A stretch of DNA of 35,128 nt, taken from the IMG/VR virus record IMGVR_UViG_3300044266_000112, positions 1 through 35,128 of that record; one strand, given 5' to 3'. Origin of the DNA: a virus. Its lineage: Duplodnaviria > Caudoviricetes. Each line of letters opens with the position of its first letter. The stretch's first letter is position 1. Positions 26,190-35,128 of the stretch are shown here, in pieces. The position numbers and the translations under genes were made by a program. The notes under the pieces were generated by a model. It was not told where the DNA came from. It did no database searches and saw nothing but the letters and a program-made list of their open reading frames with translations.

Positions 26190-28159
26190 TATCTATCTTC
26201 CTCAACTGGAGCAATCTGCCATGTCATAGATGAACAATGCCAAATGTTTGTGGTAGTTGAGTTACTCAATGCCACTGTGTTTACACGAAATGCATTTTGA
26301 TCAATCTGAACCCAAGGATCATGTTTAGGATTGCCATTGGCATCTACAAAGGTGGTTACAGCAGTTGATACACTGGCTGGACTGCCCACACTATTGGCAC
26401 CTTCTATGGTTACACTAATTGTGGCTGTGCTATCATATACTTGAATATTGGCGCCTTTGTTTAGTTCAGCACCTAGGTTAACCACTTCAGGTAGCACACG
26501 ATGCACCATAACTTTGGCTGTGTATTTGTCTAAAATCTTAATATTATCTCTACGGAATTCACTGCTGATAGCCACAGGCGTGCTAGTTCCAGGACTGCCA
26601 TCAACACAATTCAAGAATTGGAATCCTTGATCTTTTTGTAGTAGAGTTTGATTCAAACATCCACGAGCATAGACCACTGTTCTTGTGCCAGTGTTAAAAT
26701 AACCAGTTTGAGGATTATATATTGGTGCTTCTGTTGAGAATGTAGCACTATCAACATCGCGAGGTGCATTCCAGCAGTCAATATCGTAACGGTATGACAA
26801 CATTTTGTTGGGCACACCATCATCTACTGCCTTGTCCTTGCTGGTATAATAAATTTCAATTTGGCTTTTTTGTGTGTTTGTTTCTAAAAACACACGATCA
26901 TGATAGCGTGGATCTAGATTATCATAGAACCAATTCTTAACACGCTGGTTACCAATGGCACTGAAATCATTACCATCAAATACCCAAATGTCACGAGCAT
27001 CTACTCCATAGACTAATCTATCTGTGTTAGCCCAACAGTTTGAACTTAATAATCCACGACCTTGGTTAAACTGACGCACGCCAAGAATAGGTGCTTGTGT
27101 GGTAGCATAGTTCATTGGGGTGAATACCACTGTGTCCCAATATGAACACAAGAAGAATAAGCCGTTACAAGGAAAGGCATCAATGGCTCCTCCTCGTAGG
27201 GGAACTTCTAATTGGTTGGCCACATTTATTACAGTTGGTGTCCATGTTTGTGGTGCTTGGTTAAGACCAAAGGCCTGCGACCATTGCACCGTTACAGGAT
27301 AGACCTGTGTGCTAGTTGATCCAACAGGACTGGCTGTTAGGTTACCAGCAACTAATATTGATCCCACATTCTGTGTATTGAACTGGCGCATAAATTTGGC
27401 ATAGACACTGGTCCAATTGGGATTATAATTCCAGGTATATTGTGGAGCTACTGTTCCGCCACTTTGATATGGACCTACAGTGGTATCATAATAGGTAACA
27501 GTTGTGGTATCACAGGCAGCAACTCTAAATGCACTACTACTGCTATAGGTTGCTGGAGTAGTACCACTTATTAAAATGTATCCACCAACTTGAAATGGTG
27601 CAGTAGTAAATGTTGTGTCTGTGCTGAATGTAATAACTCGTTGTGTGGCTACATTAATAGGATCAGGTTGAATATCACTAATCTTGATAGGCTGTTGATT
27701 ACTATACATAACCAATGGCTGAACAACACCCAGCTGATCATCTGGCCAGAACATTGGAGGATTGTGTTCATCATTTAAGAATAACACTGTGCCGTTCCAA
27801 CTTTCAGTGATATTGGTAGCTTGATTATAGCCTGTGAAATCACCTACACTGGGAGTAATGTCATAGGGTGGATTACCATCATCTGTCATTGCATACCATT
27901 TACCAGGACTTCCATCTATGGCATCAGTGGCCACAACAAACCAAAAGCGTCCATCAGCACGAAACCCACCTGTGACAAATGTTGGTTTGCCTGGAATGTA
28001 GTAGAGTAATTCTTGATCACCAGCTACTGAGCGTATACCGCGAACATCTGTTTCCACATTCTGTCCAGCATTGTATTCATTGGCCCCCAGCGCCGCGCTG
28101 GGCACATCAGGGCTGAATGTCATCTTGGCTAAGGGTAGTTTAACTACTGATATGGTCAT
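26189..28159 (-). CDS. Tail nozzle / hub protein (P22 gp10 or T7 gp12 analogue)
   Basis: 656 aa, beta-propeller-like pattern (VQWS..., IWVFDGNDF..IGNQRVK.WF, LSYRYDIDCW); synteny. Confidence 0.7.
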   Translation of the reverse strand: MTISVVKLPLAKMTFSPDVPSAALGANEYNAGQNVETDVRGIRSVAGDQELLYYIPGKPTFVTGGFRADGRFWFVVATDAIDGSPGKWYAMTDDGNPPYDITPSVGDFTGYNQATNITESWNGTVLFLNDEHNPPMFWPDDQLGVVQPLVMYSNQQPIKISDIQPDPINVATQRVITFSTDTTFTTAPFQVGGYILISGTTPATYSSSSAFRVAACDTTTVTYYDTTVGPYQSGGTVAPQYTWNYNPNWTSVYAKFMRQFNTQNVGSILVAGNLTASPVGSTSTQVYPVTVQWSQAFGLNQAPQTWTPTVINVANQLEVPLRGGAIDAFPCNGLFFLCSYWDTVVFTPMNYATTQAPILGVRQFNQGRGLLSSNCWANTDRLVYGVDARDIWVFDGNDFSAIGNQRVKNWFYDNLDPRYHDRVFLETNTQKSQIEIYYTSKDKAVDDGVPNKMLSYRYDIDCWNAPRDVDSATFSTEAPIYNPQTGYFNTGTRTVVYARGCLNQTLLQKDQGFQFLNCVDGSPGTSTPVAISSEFRRDNIKILDKYTAKVMVHRVLPEVVNLGAELNKGANIQVYDSTATISVTIEGANSVGSPASVSTAVTTFVDANGNPKHDPWVQIDQNAFRVNTVALSNSTTTNIWHCSSMTWQIAPVEEDR

Positions 28160-28168
28160 CGTGTTTCC

Positions 28169-31100
28169 TTATACGGCAGTATTGTCATGGACATAACTCC
28201 AACGACTGTTTGTAGTATCCCAGAATGCTATCATACCATTTGGATTACCACCACCAGCACTATCACTGATAGCAATTTGTGCTCCAATCTGTCCAGTCTT
28301 TGTTCTGGCCACTGCGGCTGTATAACTTGGCACCACAGGAATAGCAGTAAAGACCGCTGTGGCAGTGGTAATAGAAACAGCATTGAATGTACCTGACTTA
28401 TCATTAAACTGGTGAGCATCACTGTTATAGCTATTAGTACGATCATTTAAGATAGCACGGGTGGCCAGTGTGGTTGTGCCAGTGTTCACAGTTTGGAATA
28501 TCATTTGTGTACCACGAGCACTGGCGCCTGCGTTTTCTACCATGCTCAAGTTAATGGCGCCAACTGTTTGCCCGTTACCAGAGCCGTTAGCCGCTATTTG
28601 TGCGTTACCTGAAACAGAAAATACTGTGTCGCCACTGACCAGCGCATCTCTGCGTCCTGAATAGGCATTGCGACGACCAGTTACAAAGTTTAAGATGTTG
28701 GTGCCAGTAATTGTGGCATTGTCTGGCGCTGTGTCCTGTTGTGTAACACCAAATACCTGTATTTGGTTATTGTTGAAGGCAAAGTTTGTGCGTCCACTTC
28801 CTGTGCCAAAACTGCCAACACCGCCCGCAGGAACCAGAGTTGGAATTGAGGCATCTAGTACGCCCTGTCCAACTGCCAAGGTTAGAATAGGAGGACTGTT
28901 GGTAGTGGTATTACCTGTTGTCCAACTGGTCTGCACAAATATTCTACGGCTGGTGCTGTTTAATTGAACAGCAGGAGGTTGAATACGCAGACCAATGTTA
29001 GTACCAGCGTTGGTAGTTGTTGAACCGTTGTTAGAAAATGTTTCTGCGGCTGTGACAAATATGCTGGCTGGTGGTAAAGTTGCAATACCTGAGGTGCTTT
29101 GGTTGAACAACCAGTTAGTGCCATCATAACCACTGAATTGTAGGGCACCAATGGTATCACCACTGCCTGTTGCAGTGGGTGCGGCTGAAGTTCCACGACT
29201 ACCTTCTAGCACCAATTGTCCGCTTCCAGCAGTGGCAGCGGTTCCACCTGGTATGTTTTGACCATAACCTCTGATGTTGACCTGTGGGCGAATACCTGAA
29301 GTATAGTTGCTGACGATCATGGCCACTGACTGTGTGCTACTCTGTGTGATTAGAGCTTGACCGTTTACATCTAAAGGATATCCACCAGCACTGATGACCT
29401 GTGTGACCTTGGTACCAGTTGTTATGGCCAAGCCACTGAATGTGACTGTGCTTGTGGTAAACAAGGCCTGGTTGGTTACTGTGCTTAGATTAAATGCGCC
29501 AGGAATGGTAGGCAGATTGTTTAGATCATTGTAGTTGTTGGTAAAGCCAACTAGACTTAGACCTGTGACCTGACTGGTTGAAATACTGCCAGTGGCATCA
29601 CTTAACTTGCCAGTGAATCCAATTGTTGAAAGACCAGTAACGCTGGCAGTTGTAATAGATCCAGTGCCATCACTTAATTTGCCTGTCCAGGCAATGGTCT
29701 TCAATCCAACAACACTGCTGGTTGAAATGCTGGCCACAGTTCCAGTCCAGGCTGTATACTGTGTGGTGCCATCAGCAAAGTTGATCTGTGTAGAATTTAC
29801 AGCACTGATGTAGGCATTTAGATAGCTGTTGCCAGAAGCACCAATAGTGCTGCTAGCACCATTTGTGCTTACAATGTTGCCAATGTGTGTTAGACCAGTG
29901 GTATCTAAGGTCAATGGTGTTGAATATGTGGTTGTGGAACCTATGTTCAATACCTGGAATGCAATCTTACCACCTGCTGCCGTATCAGTGAAGTTTTCAG
30001 CAGCCAAGAAGCTGATGTTAGCACTACCGCTGGTAACAAACTGTGTTGCTCCATAACCATGTCCTTGAACACGCAATAGTGTTTCGCCTGATAGCACAGC
30101 AGTTGGACTTGCGGCTGTCCCACGAGCACGACGACCACTCCAAATGTTTAGTGTGGCGCTACCAAAATTATCTGTGACCAGGCGTGTGTTGACATTGTTT
30201 TGTCCAATGGCCCAATAGGCATAGCCTGCGGCATGTGGTAAAGGATAACTTGCACTACCGCTTTCATTTACCAATACACTACTGTGTGTGGCGTTTGGTG
30301 ATGTGGTAATGGTTAGGCTGTTTCCATCTAGTGTGGCCAAACTACCTGCATAGGTCCATGTGCTGGCTGCGAGTGCGCCATTTAAGGTCAGACCTGCAAA
30401 GGTTGGCGAATCTGTGGTGTTTAGACTTTGATCAAATGGGTTTACTGCGGGTGCTGGGCTATAGGTAATGGCACCAGTGCCTGCATTGTAGTATAACACA
30501 TTGGTTGTGGTAGCAGAACTTAGCGCAGTGGCTACTAGATTTGCACCTTGAACTGTGGCACCTGCTGTGACATTGCCCGTAGCACTTAGACTAGCACCCG
30601 TGACAGCACCCGCGGCTGTAACTGTGCCCGTAGCTGTAAAATTGGCACCAGTTACATTTCCAACTGCTGTTAGATTTGCACCAGCACGAACATCTAGTCC
30701 TGCATAGATGTTGTTTGTGGCAGTAATGTAGGTATCAGCTTTTAAGAATGTGCCAGCATGAATGCTAGCCGCACTGTAGATGAAGCCAGTTGATTGAATT
30801 GTACCACTGGCAGTAAAATCATTGCCTGTGATGTCACCAGTGGCTGTGATGTTTCCACCAGCTGTGATGTTGGTGTTGGCAGCAACTGTGCTGTTACTGA
30901 CCACGCTGCCTGCGGTTAGTGCTCCGCCAACTAGGCCTGTGCCAGTTACATATAGGTTGCGTTCTGCAACAAGATCTTTACCAGCTGTGACATTATTAAA
31001 TGCGTATAGATTGTTTTGACTGTTGATATCGCCCTGTGCATCAATGTCAACGCTGGCATTAATACTGCGTGTTTGAATACCAGTTTGATCAATTATGGTG

Positions 31101-32257
31101 GTTCTAATTGTGGCTGTTGTGCCTGTATTGATTACACCAAACTCAATATAACCGCCATTGGCAGAAGTATTGAAATCTTCAGCAGCTCTAAATGCAATAT
31201 AACCACTGGCACTGCTGGTAAATGCTGTGCCATTGTAACCAAATGCATTAAGACGATTTAGAACATCATCGCGCTTGACTGCGCCTGGAGCATTTAGACT
31301 TCCACGAGCACGACGGCCTGTGAATATTGTGCTCATTTGATCAATGCTGTCTGTGCCAGTGTTACTGTATGTTTCAACAACCACACGACCCTTGCTGTTA
31401 GGCTTGTTTAGACCAACTAGAACAGCATCACCAGTGCCCACAATGGAAGGAATATTTGTGGAACTGGTTGGATTAATGAATAATGCACCTCTTGAACCGC
31501 TTTGTGGTGCTTGGATAGCCAGCCCTTGACTGGTAATGCTAACGCTGGTGTTTAAGGTTGTGGTTACAGTATTAACAGTGCTGATGTTAACACCACCACC
31601 TTTCCAGGCATCATTGAATCGTTCTTGTGCAATAAGATCAATCTGTGCAGAATTAACGCTGCCAAATTGTGTAGCTCCGTAACCTTGTGCGCCAATGCGT
31701 AATAACACATTGCCAGTGGTAACAAAGGTAGGTGCAGTGGCTGTGCCATTGGCTGCACGGGCTTGAATACGAGCAACACCTGTGCCATAATTGTCAATTA
31801 GGTTTACAGTATCTTGATTATTGGCGCTCAATGACCAAACAGCAACGCCATTAACTCCAGGTGTGGCAAAACTGGTGGCTGTGTTTTGATTAACAAATAA
31901 AGTGGCATGACCGCTGTCAGTGGCAGTATTTTTTACCACAACACCATTATTGGTAAACTGAGCAGTTGTGCCCAAGGCGCTAATGGTAAATGTTTGAGTT
32001 GATACCAGTGTGTTGCTCAGTGGAAATACTAGACTACCATCAGTGTTAATCTGTAGTTTGTAACTGCCTGCACTAATACTGCTGGTGGACAAATAACCGC
32101 CACTGGTTCCAGTGCCTCCAGTGATTAAAATACCACCTGGAGTAGCACCATCACCAACCCAAAGTTGATGTAGGTCTGTGGTCCATACTGGTTCGCCTTG
32201 AGCAAATGTTACTACTGCTCGTTGGCCGTCTGTTCCTTTTCTAAACTGTAATGGCAT
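28169..32257 (-). CDS. Long tail fibre / receptor-binding protein
   Basis: N-terminal LQFRKGT...FAQGEP...TD...LWVGDGATPGG anchor motif; T/G/S/A/N-rich with internal repeats. Confidence 0.85.
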   Translation of the reverse strand: MPLQFRKGTDGQRAVVTFAQGEPVWTTDLHQLWVGDGATPGGILITGGTGTSGGYLSTSSISAGSYKLQINTDGSLVFPLSNTLVSTQTFTISALGTTAQFTNNGVVVKNTATDSGHATLFVNQNTATSFATPGVNGVAVWSLSANNQDTVNLIDNYGTGVARIQARAANGTATAPTFVTTGNVLLRIGAQGYGATQFGSVNSAQIDLIAQERFNDAWKGGGVNISTVNTVTTTLNTSVSITSQGLAIQAPQSGSRGALFINPTSSTNIPSIVGTGDAVLVGLNKPNSKGRVVVETYSNTGTDSIDQMSTIFTGRRARGSLNAPGAVKRDDVLNRLNAFGYNGTAFTSSASGYIAFRAAEDFNTSANGGYIEFGVINTGTTATIRTTIIDQTGIQTRSINASVDIDAQGDINSQNNLYAFNNVTAGKDLVAERNLYVTGTGLVGGALTAGSVVSNSTVAANTNITAGGNITATGDITGNDFTASGTIQSTGFIYSAASIHAGTFLKADTYITATNNIYAGLDVRAGANLTAVGNVTGANFTATGTVTAAGAVTGASLSATGNVTAGATVQGANLVATALSSATTTNVLYYNAGTGAITYSPAPAVNPFDQSLNTTDSPTFAGLTLNGALAASTWTYAGSLATLDGNSLTITTSPNATHSSVLVNESGSASYPLPHAAGYAYWAIGQNNVNTRLVTDNFGSATLNIWSGRRARGTAASPTAVLSGETLLRVQGHGYGATQFVTSGSANISFLAAENFTDTAAGGKIAFQVLNIGSTTTYSTPLTLDTTGLTHIGNIVSTNGASSTIGASGNSYLNAYISAVNSTQINFADGTTQYTAWTGTVASISTSSVVGLKTIAWTGKLSDGTGSITTASVTGLSTIGFTGKLSDATGSISTSQVTGLSLVGFTNNYNDLNNLPTIPGAFNLSTVTNQALFTTSTVTFSGLAITTGTKVTQVISAGGYPLDVNGQALITQSSTQSVAMIVSNYTSGIRPQVNIRGYGQNIPGGTAATAGSGQLVLEGSRGTSAAPTATGSGDTIGALQFSGYDGTNWLFNQSTSGIATLPPASIFVTAAETFSNNGSTTTNAGTNIGLRIQPPAVQLNSTSRRIFVQTSWTTGNTTTNSPPILTLAVGQGVLDASIPTLVPAGGVGSFGTGSGRTNFAFNNNQIQVFGVTQQDTAPDNATITGTNILNFVTGRRNAYSGRRDALVSGDTVFSVSGNAQIAANGSGNGQTVGAINLSMVENAGASARGTQMIFQTVNTGTTTLATRAILNDRTNSYNSDAHQFNDKSGTFNAVSITTATAVFTAIPVVPSYTAAVARTKTGQIGAQIAISDSAGGGNPNGMIAFWDTTNSRWSYVHDNTAV

Positions 32258-32267
32258 TATATTGTCC

Positions 32268-33044
32268 TTATATTACGATTGGGCCCATATCTAGGGTGAA
32301 GCTTACAGGTACTACGATTGTGCCAAAATCAAATACCTGGTTAGCGGCTGTGCCTGTGGCTGTAGTCCAATACAGCGTACCAGTGCCATCATCTACCAGT
32401 GTCTCACCTGCTGTTCCATGCTGTGCAGGAAACTTATAATTTGGAAATTGTGTTGTTCCGTCTGTGTTGAATGACCATGCGCTACTGGTTGTAGCATATC
32501 TGCTGGTATTAACATGAACACCAGTGTCATCAACTATTAATTCATTATTGCCTGTATTGTTAACTAGGGTGACTGCGCCATTAGGAGGTGCTAGCCAATA
32601 CTGATCACTAAATTGTGCTGTAGTTGTGCCAGTGTTTAGACTGCCAGTGGGTAGGCGCATGACGCCATCGCTGCCCATTGTCCACTCATGTCCATTGGCA
32701 ATGAAGTTAAACTCTTGATTGACAGCATTAGTTGTGGTGTTGCCTGAAAATATCCAATTGCCTAACTGTGCAGAAGTTGCTGTTGAGAATTGAAATACGC
32801 TGGCAGCAATAGTTGAACTGTTGGTGGCTGGATCTAAGAAGAACTGAACATTACCATTGTTGTCAAATAATTGTATCAACTGTTCAGCATTGGTAGGCAA
32901 TGGACTATAGTAACCACCATACAGACCCTGTAGGTTAGTTGAGTAGGTGGTTGCACTGAAGGTGCTGGTGCTACCAACATAGAGTGTGACTACATTAGTT
33001 GAGGTTACTGTATAGGTTGATGTATTACCATAGAGGCTGGGCAT
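32268..33044 (-). CDS. Short tail fibre / collar-like structural protein
   Basis: T/S/G-rich; FPAQHGTAGETLVDDGTGTLYW and FDFGTI fibre-type motifs. Confidence 0.6.
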   Translation of the reverse strand: MPSLYGNTSTYTVTSTNVVTLYVGSTSTFSATTYSTNLQGLYGGYYSPLPTNAEQLIQLFDNNGNVQFFLDPATNSSTIAASVFQFSTATSAQLGNWIFSGNTTTNAVNQEFNFIANGHEWTMGSDGVMRLPTGSLNTGTTTAQFSDQYWLAPPNGAVTLVNNTGNNELIVDDTGVHVNTSRYATTSSAWSFNTDGTTQFPNYKFPAQHGTAGETLVDDGTGTLYWTTATGTAANQVFDFGTIVVPVSFTLDMGPIVI

Positions 33045-33053
33045 TACGATTCC

Positions 33054-33791
33054 TTAGCGAGCAGTATATCTGCGATCCTTGCGTGGCTGGAAGATTGAAG
33101 TTATTCTTGTGTGTCCACCTGACCACTTGCCTTTGGCATTTTGGTCCTCAATGATGTTCATTGATTCTTCAAACTTGGCCTTGTATATTTGTGCGTCTTC
33201 TGGACTCTTACGCTTAACATAGTAGCAGTGAAGAGTACTATAAACATAGCCTTCTGGAAAACTCTGTAGCACACCATTGGTTTGAACTACATTGCCATTG
33301 CTATCTACTGAGAATAGATAGGGCCACGCACGATAGTAATACAAGTTGATTATGTCACCTTGGCTTAGACCAGGTAGGAACTTATATTTTTGTCCTACTT
33401 CTGAGAACTTACCGCGATATACTGAAGGTATATTGATAGGCTTAAGATATAGTGCTTCTACCAAACTTTCTGTTATGATATCACGATCACCAATGCGATC
33501 ATAAACAATCCAGGGACCTAATTGACTATAGTTACTGGAGCCTTGAACGCCACCCATCTTGAAAAACAAGATAGGTTTAAGCATGTCACCTGGAATAGGT
33601 ATCATGCCAAATTCATCAGCAGTGGCCTGGAACTGTGGATTGAATGGATCACTACGCTGAATAGGTAGTTCCAGGTTACGCATCATCATTTCGCCCATAA
33701 AGATACATTCTTTGATCTCTTGGTCGTTGCTGCTGCCTGTAAATTGTTTGACAAATGCAACTAGTTCATCTGCATTGGCTATTTGGCTCAT
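33054..33791 (-). CDS. Head-tail adaptor protein (putative)
   Basis: Helical N-terminus, IPGDMLK, LYYYR, FPEGYVYSTL pattern of podovirus adaptors; second gene after the capsid. Confidence 0.65.
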   Translation of the reverse strand: MSQIANADELVAFVKQFTGSSNDQEIKECIFMGEMMMRNLELPIQRSDPFNPQFQATADEFGMIPIPGDMLKPILFFKMGGVQGSSNYSQLGPWIVYDRIGDRDIITESLVEALYLKPINIPSVYRGKFSEVGQKYKFLPGLSQGDIINLYYYRAWPYLFSVDSNGNVVQTNGVLQSFPEGYVYSTLHCYYVKRKSPEDAQIYKAKFEESMNIIEDQNAKGKWSGGHTRITSIFQPRKDRRYTAR

Positions 33792-34399
33792 AGATTATGT
33801 CCTTGGAAGAATTTCTTTTCACCTGTCTTGGCAGGATAGGGCACATCAATGGGAATTGGTAACTTACCACCTGGATAGCAGACAAACTGTGGATATTCTT
33901 GTTGTACCACACGATAAAACTGTGCCTTAAGTGTTCTATCACGCTTGATTGTGCTCCAACGCATACCACCAAAGTATTCATCACTGATACGCTGTTCAAC
34001 TACTGAGGGTAAATCCATCCAACGATGTGCTAGTTTACCATCTTCTGTTAATGGTGCTAATGGATCTGGAACTCCTGCTTCAGCAGCCTCACGATAACGC
34101 TTACAACGCTCAACGACTGCTTGGTAATTTAATTGTTCACGACGAATATAGAACTTACCATCTTCACGACCTGTGGTGGTAATGATGTTACCACTCTTAT
34201 TTGTGGCTGTGCGTGTCCAATCACCCTTCATTGAGCGATATAGATCATTGTTGCGTAGTAATGCATCAGCAAGACCGTTGTGCCCATCAATCATTCCACC
34301 ATGATCTCTGCGTGTAAAATCCAGGTTTGTTTCTGGATCTGTGTCATCTAACATTGATGCATTGGGATTCTTAAGGCTGTATTCTTCTTCTGGCGTCAT
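33788..34399 (-). CDS. Hypothetical protein (post-capsid)
   Basis: 203 aa, AAAGGAA RBS, ATGA overlap with the adaptor gene. Confidence 0.75.
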   Translation of the reverse strand: MTPEEEYSLKNPNASMLDDTDPETNLDFTRRDHGGMIDGHNGLADALLRNNDLYRSMKGDWTRTATNKSGNIITTTGREDGKFYIRREQLNYQAVVERCKRYREAAEAGVPDPLAPLTEDGKLAHRWMDLPSVVEQRISDEYFGGMRWSTIKRDRTLKAQFYRVVQQEYPQFVCYPGGKLPIPIDVPYPAKTGEKKFFQGHNL

Positions 34400-34418
34400 T
34401 CGCGTTGATTCCTTTGCT

Positions 34419-34439
34419 TTTATTTATATAATTTACAGT
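34419..34439 (-). promoter_or_regulatory. T4-late-like TATAAATA box heading the tail operon
   Basis: ACTGTAAATTATATAAATAAA, 20/21 identical to the box at 4920-4900; follows the capsid terminator. Confidence 0.68.
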
Positions 34440-34466
34440 ATAGGCTGCGGTAATGCCCACATAAGA

Positions 34467-34490
34467 CAAAAGGCCCCTGAGGGCCTTTTG
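34467..34490 (-). terminator. Rho-independent terminator after the capsid gene
   Basis: CAAAAGGCCC-TCAG-GGGCCTTTTG. Confidence 0.85.
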
Positions 34491-34516
34491 ATTTAGTCTA
34501 CAACTAATCGCGAAGA

Positions 34517-35128
34517 TTAGAAGCTCTGACCACCCCATGCGTTCAAACGAACGACTAGAGCAGCTGGGCGTAGTGGACCTGCGCCATATGCGTTTAGGCT
34601 TGGTGCGCTTGCACTTGCAGAAATGTCGTGTAGAACAGCAACACCTGCTGGGTTACGAACAATTAGAGTACCTTCCATGATGAACTGGTCTAAACTTGCA
34701 TCTGCATTGCTGAAGATTTCGTTGTTAGGACCTAGGTCGCGTAAAGAACCCCACTGTAGAACTTCCTCGTTTAGGAAGTAAACTTGGTTAGGAACATACT
34801 GGTCCATGATCCAAGAATCATAGATTTCGTATGTGTAGTTGAAGTCACCTTCGTAGGTCTGAATTGTGTCACCACGCTCAGAATTTACACGGTTGATACC
34901 ACGACTTGTTGGGAAGTTGTCGCTTAGGTGTGTGCGTAGGCTTGTTGGGCAAACTACTGTGCGGATCTTAGCGTTGAAACGCTTTTCTGCGGCTGTTACC
35001 AACTGCTTGTAGATCGCTGGGTAGAATTGTGTGTTAGCCTCATCGCTACCAACATAGTATGTGCTACCTAGGTAAGCACCTTGTGTTGCACCAGAACCAC
35101 CACCAACAACGATACCACTTTGTGTTGT
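34517..35128 (-). CDS. Major capsid protein, C-terminal portion
   Basis: Frame is open to the window end and in phase with 643-1; YEGDFN...MEGTLIVRNPAGVAVL is an HK97-type C-terminal pattern. Confidence 0.88.
   Translation of the reverse strand, partial: TTQSGIVVGGGSGATQGAYLGSTYYVGSDEANTQFYPAIYKQLVTAAEKRFNAKIRTVVCPTSLRTHLSDNFPTSRGINRVNSERGDTIQTYEGDFNYTYEIYDSWIMDQYVPNQVYFLNEEVLQWGSLRDLGPNNEIFSNADASLDQFIMEGTLIVRNPAGVAVLHDISASASAPSLNAYGAGPLRPAALVVRLNAWGGQSF
35040..35128. repeat. Imperfect terminal direct repeat, right copy
   Basis: 84/89 identical to 1-89. Confidence 0.95.

Noticed and set aside
1-35128. Prophage or integrated element; alternative genetic code
   Set aside because: No integrase, att site or host genes seen; long genes translate cleanly in the standard bacterial code

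Overview
The window looks like an essentially complete, circularly permuted genome (~35,039 bp circle) of a short-tailed (podovirus-like) dsDNA phage. Positions 1-89 recur imperfectly (84/89) at 35040-35128, and the join falls inside the major capsid gene. Almost everything is on the minus strand: terS, small basic genes, terL, portal, scaffold, capsid, adaptor, tail fibre, nozzle, ejection proteins, Dps and a holin-like gene. A short plus-strand block (13599-18103) carries a minimal family-A-polymerase-like protein, two HNH-type genes, a GNAT and GroES. Four things stand out. (1) A 263-nt ORF-less group I intron (IA2-like) interrupts codon 16 of the capsid gene, which the ORF track missed. 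(2) T4-late-promoter-like TATAAATA/GCTAAATA boxes sit before most transcription units, although I recognise no sigma factor, helicase, full replicative polymerase, integrase or endolysin. This suggests (inference only) a virion-forming satellite or parasite of a large T4-like helper phage. (3) A structured ~195-nt candidate ncRNA has its own promoter and terminator. (4) Several homing-endonuclease-derived DNA-binding proteins lack a nuclease domain. Product calls rest on motifs and synteny read by eye, with no database searches.
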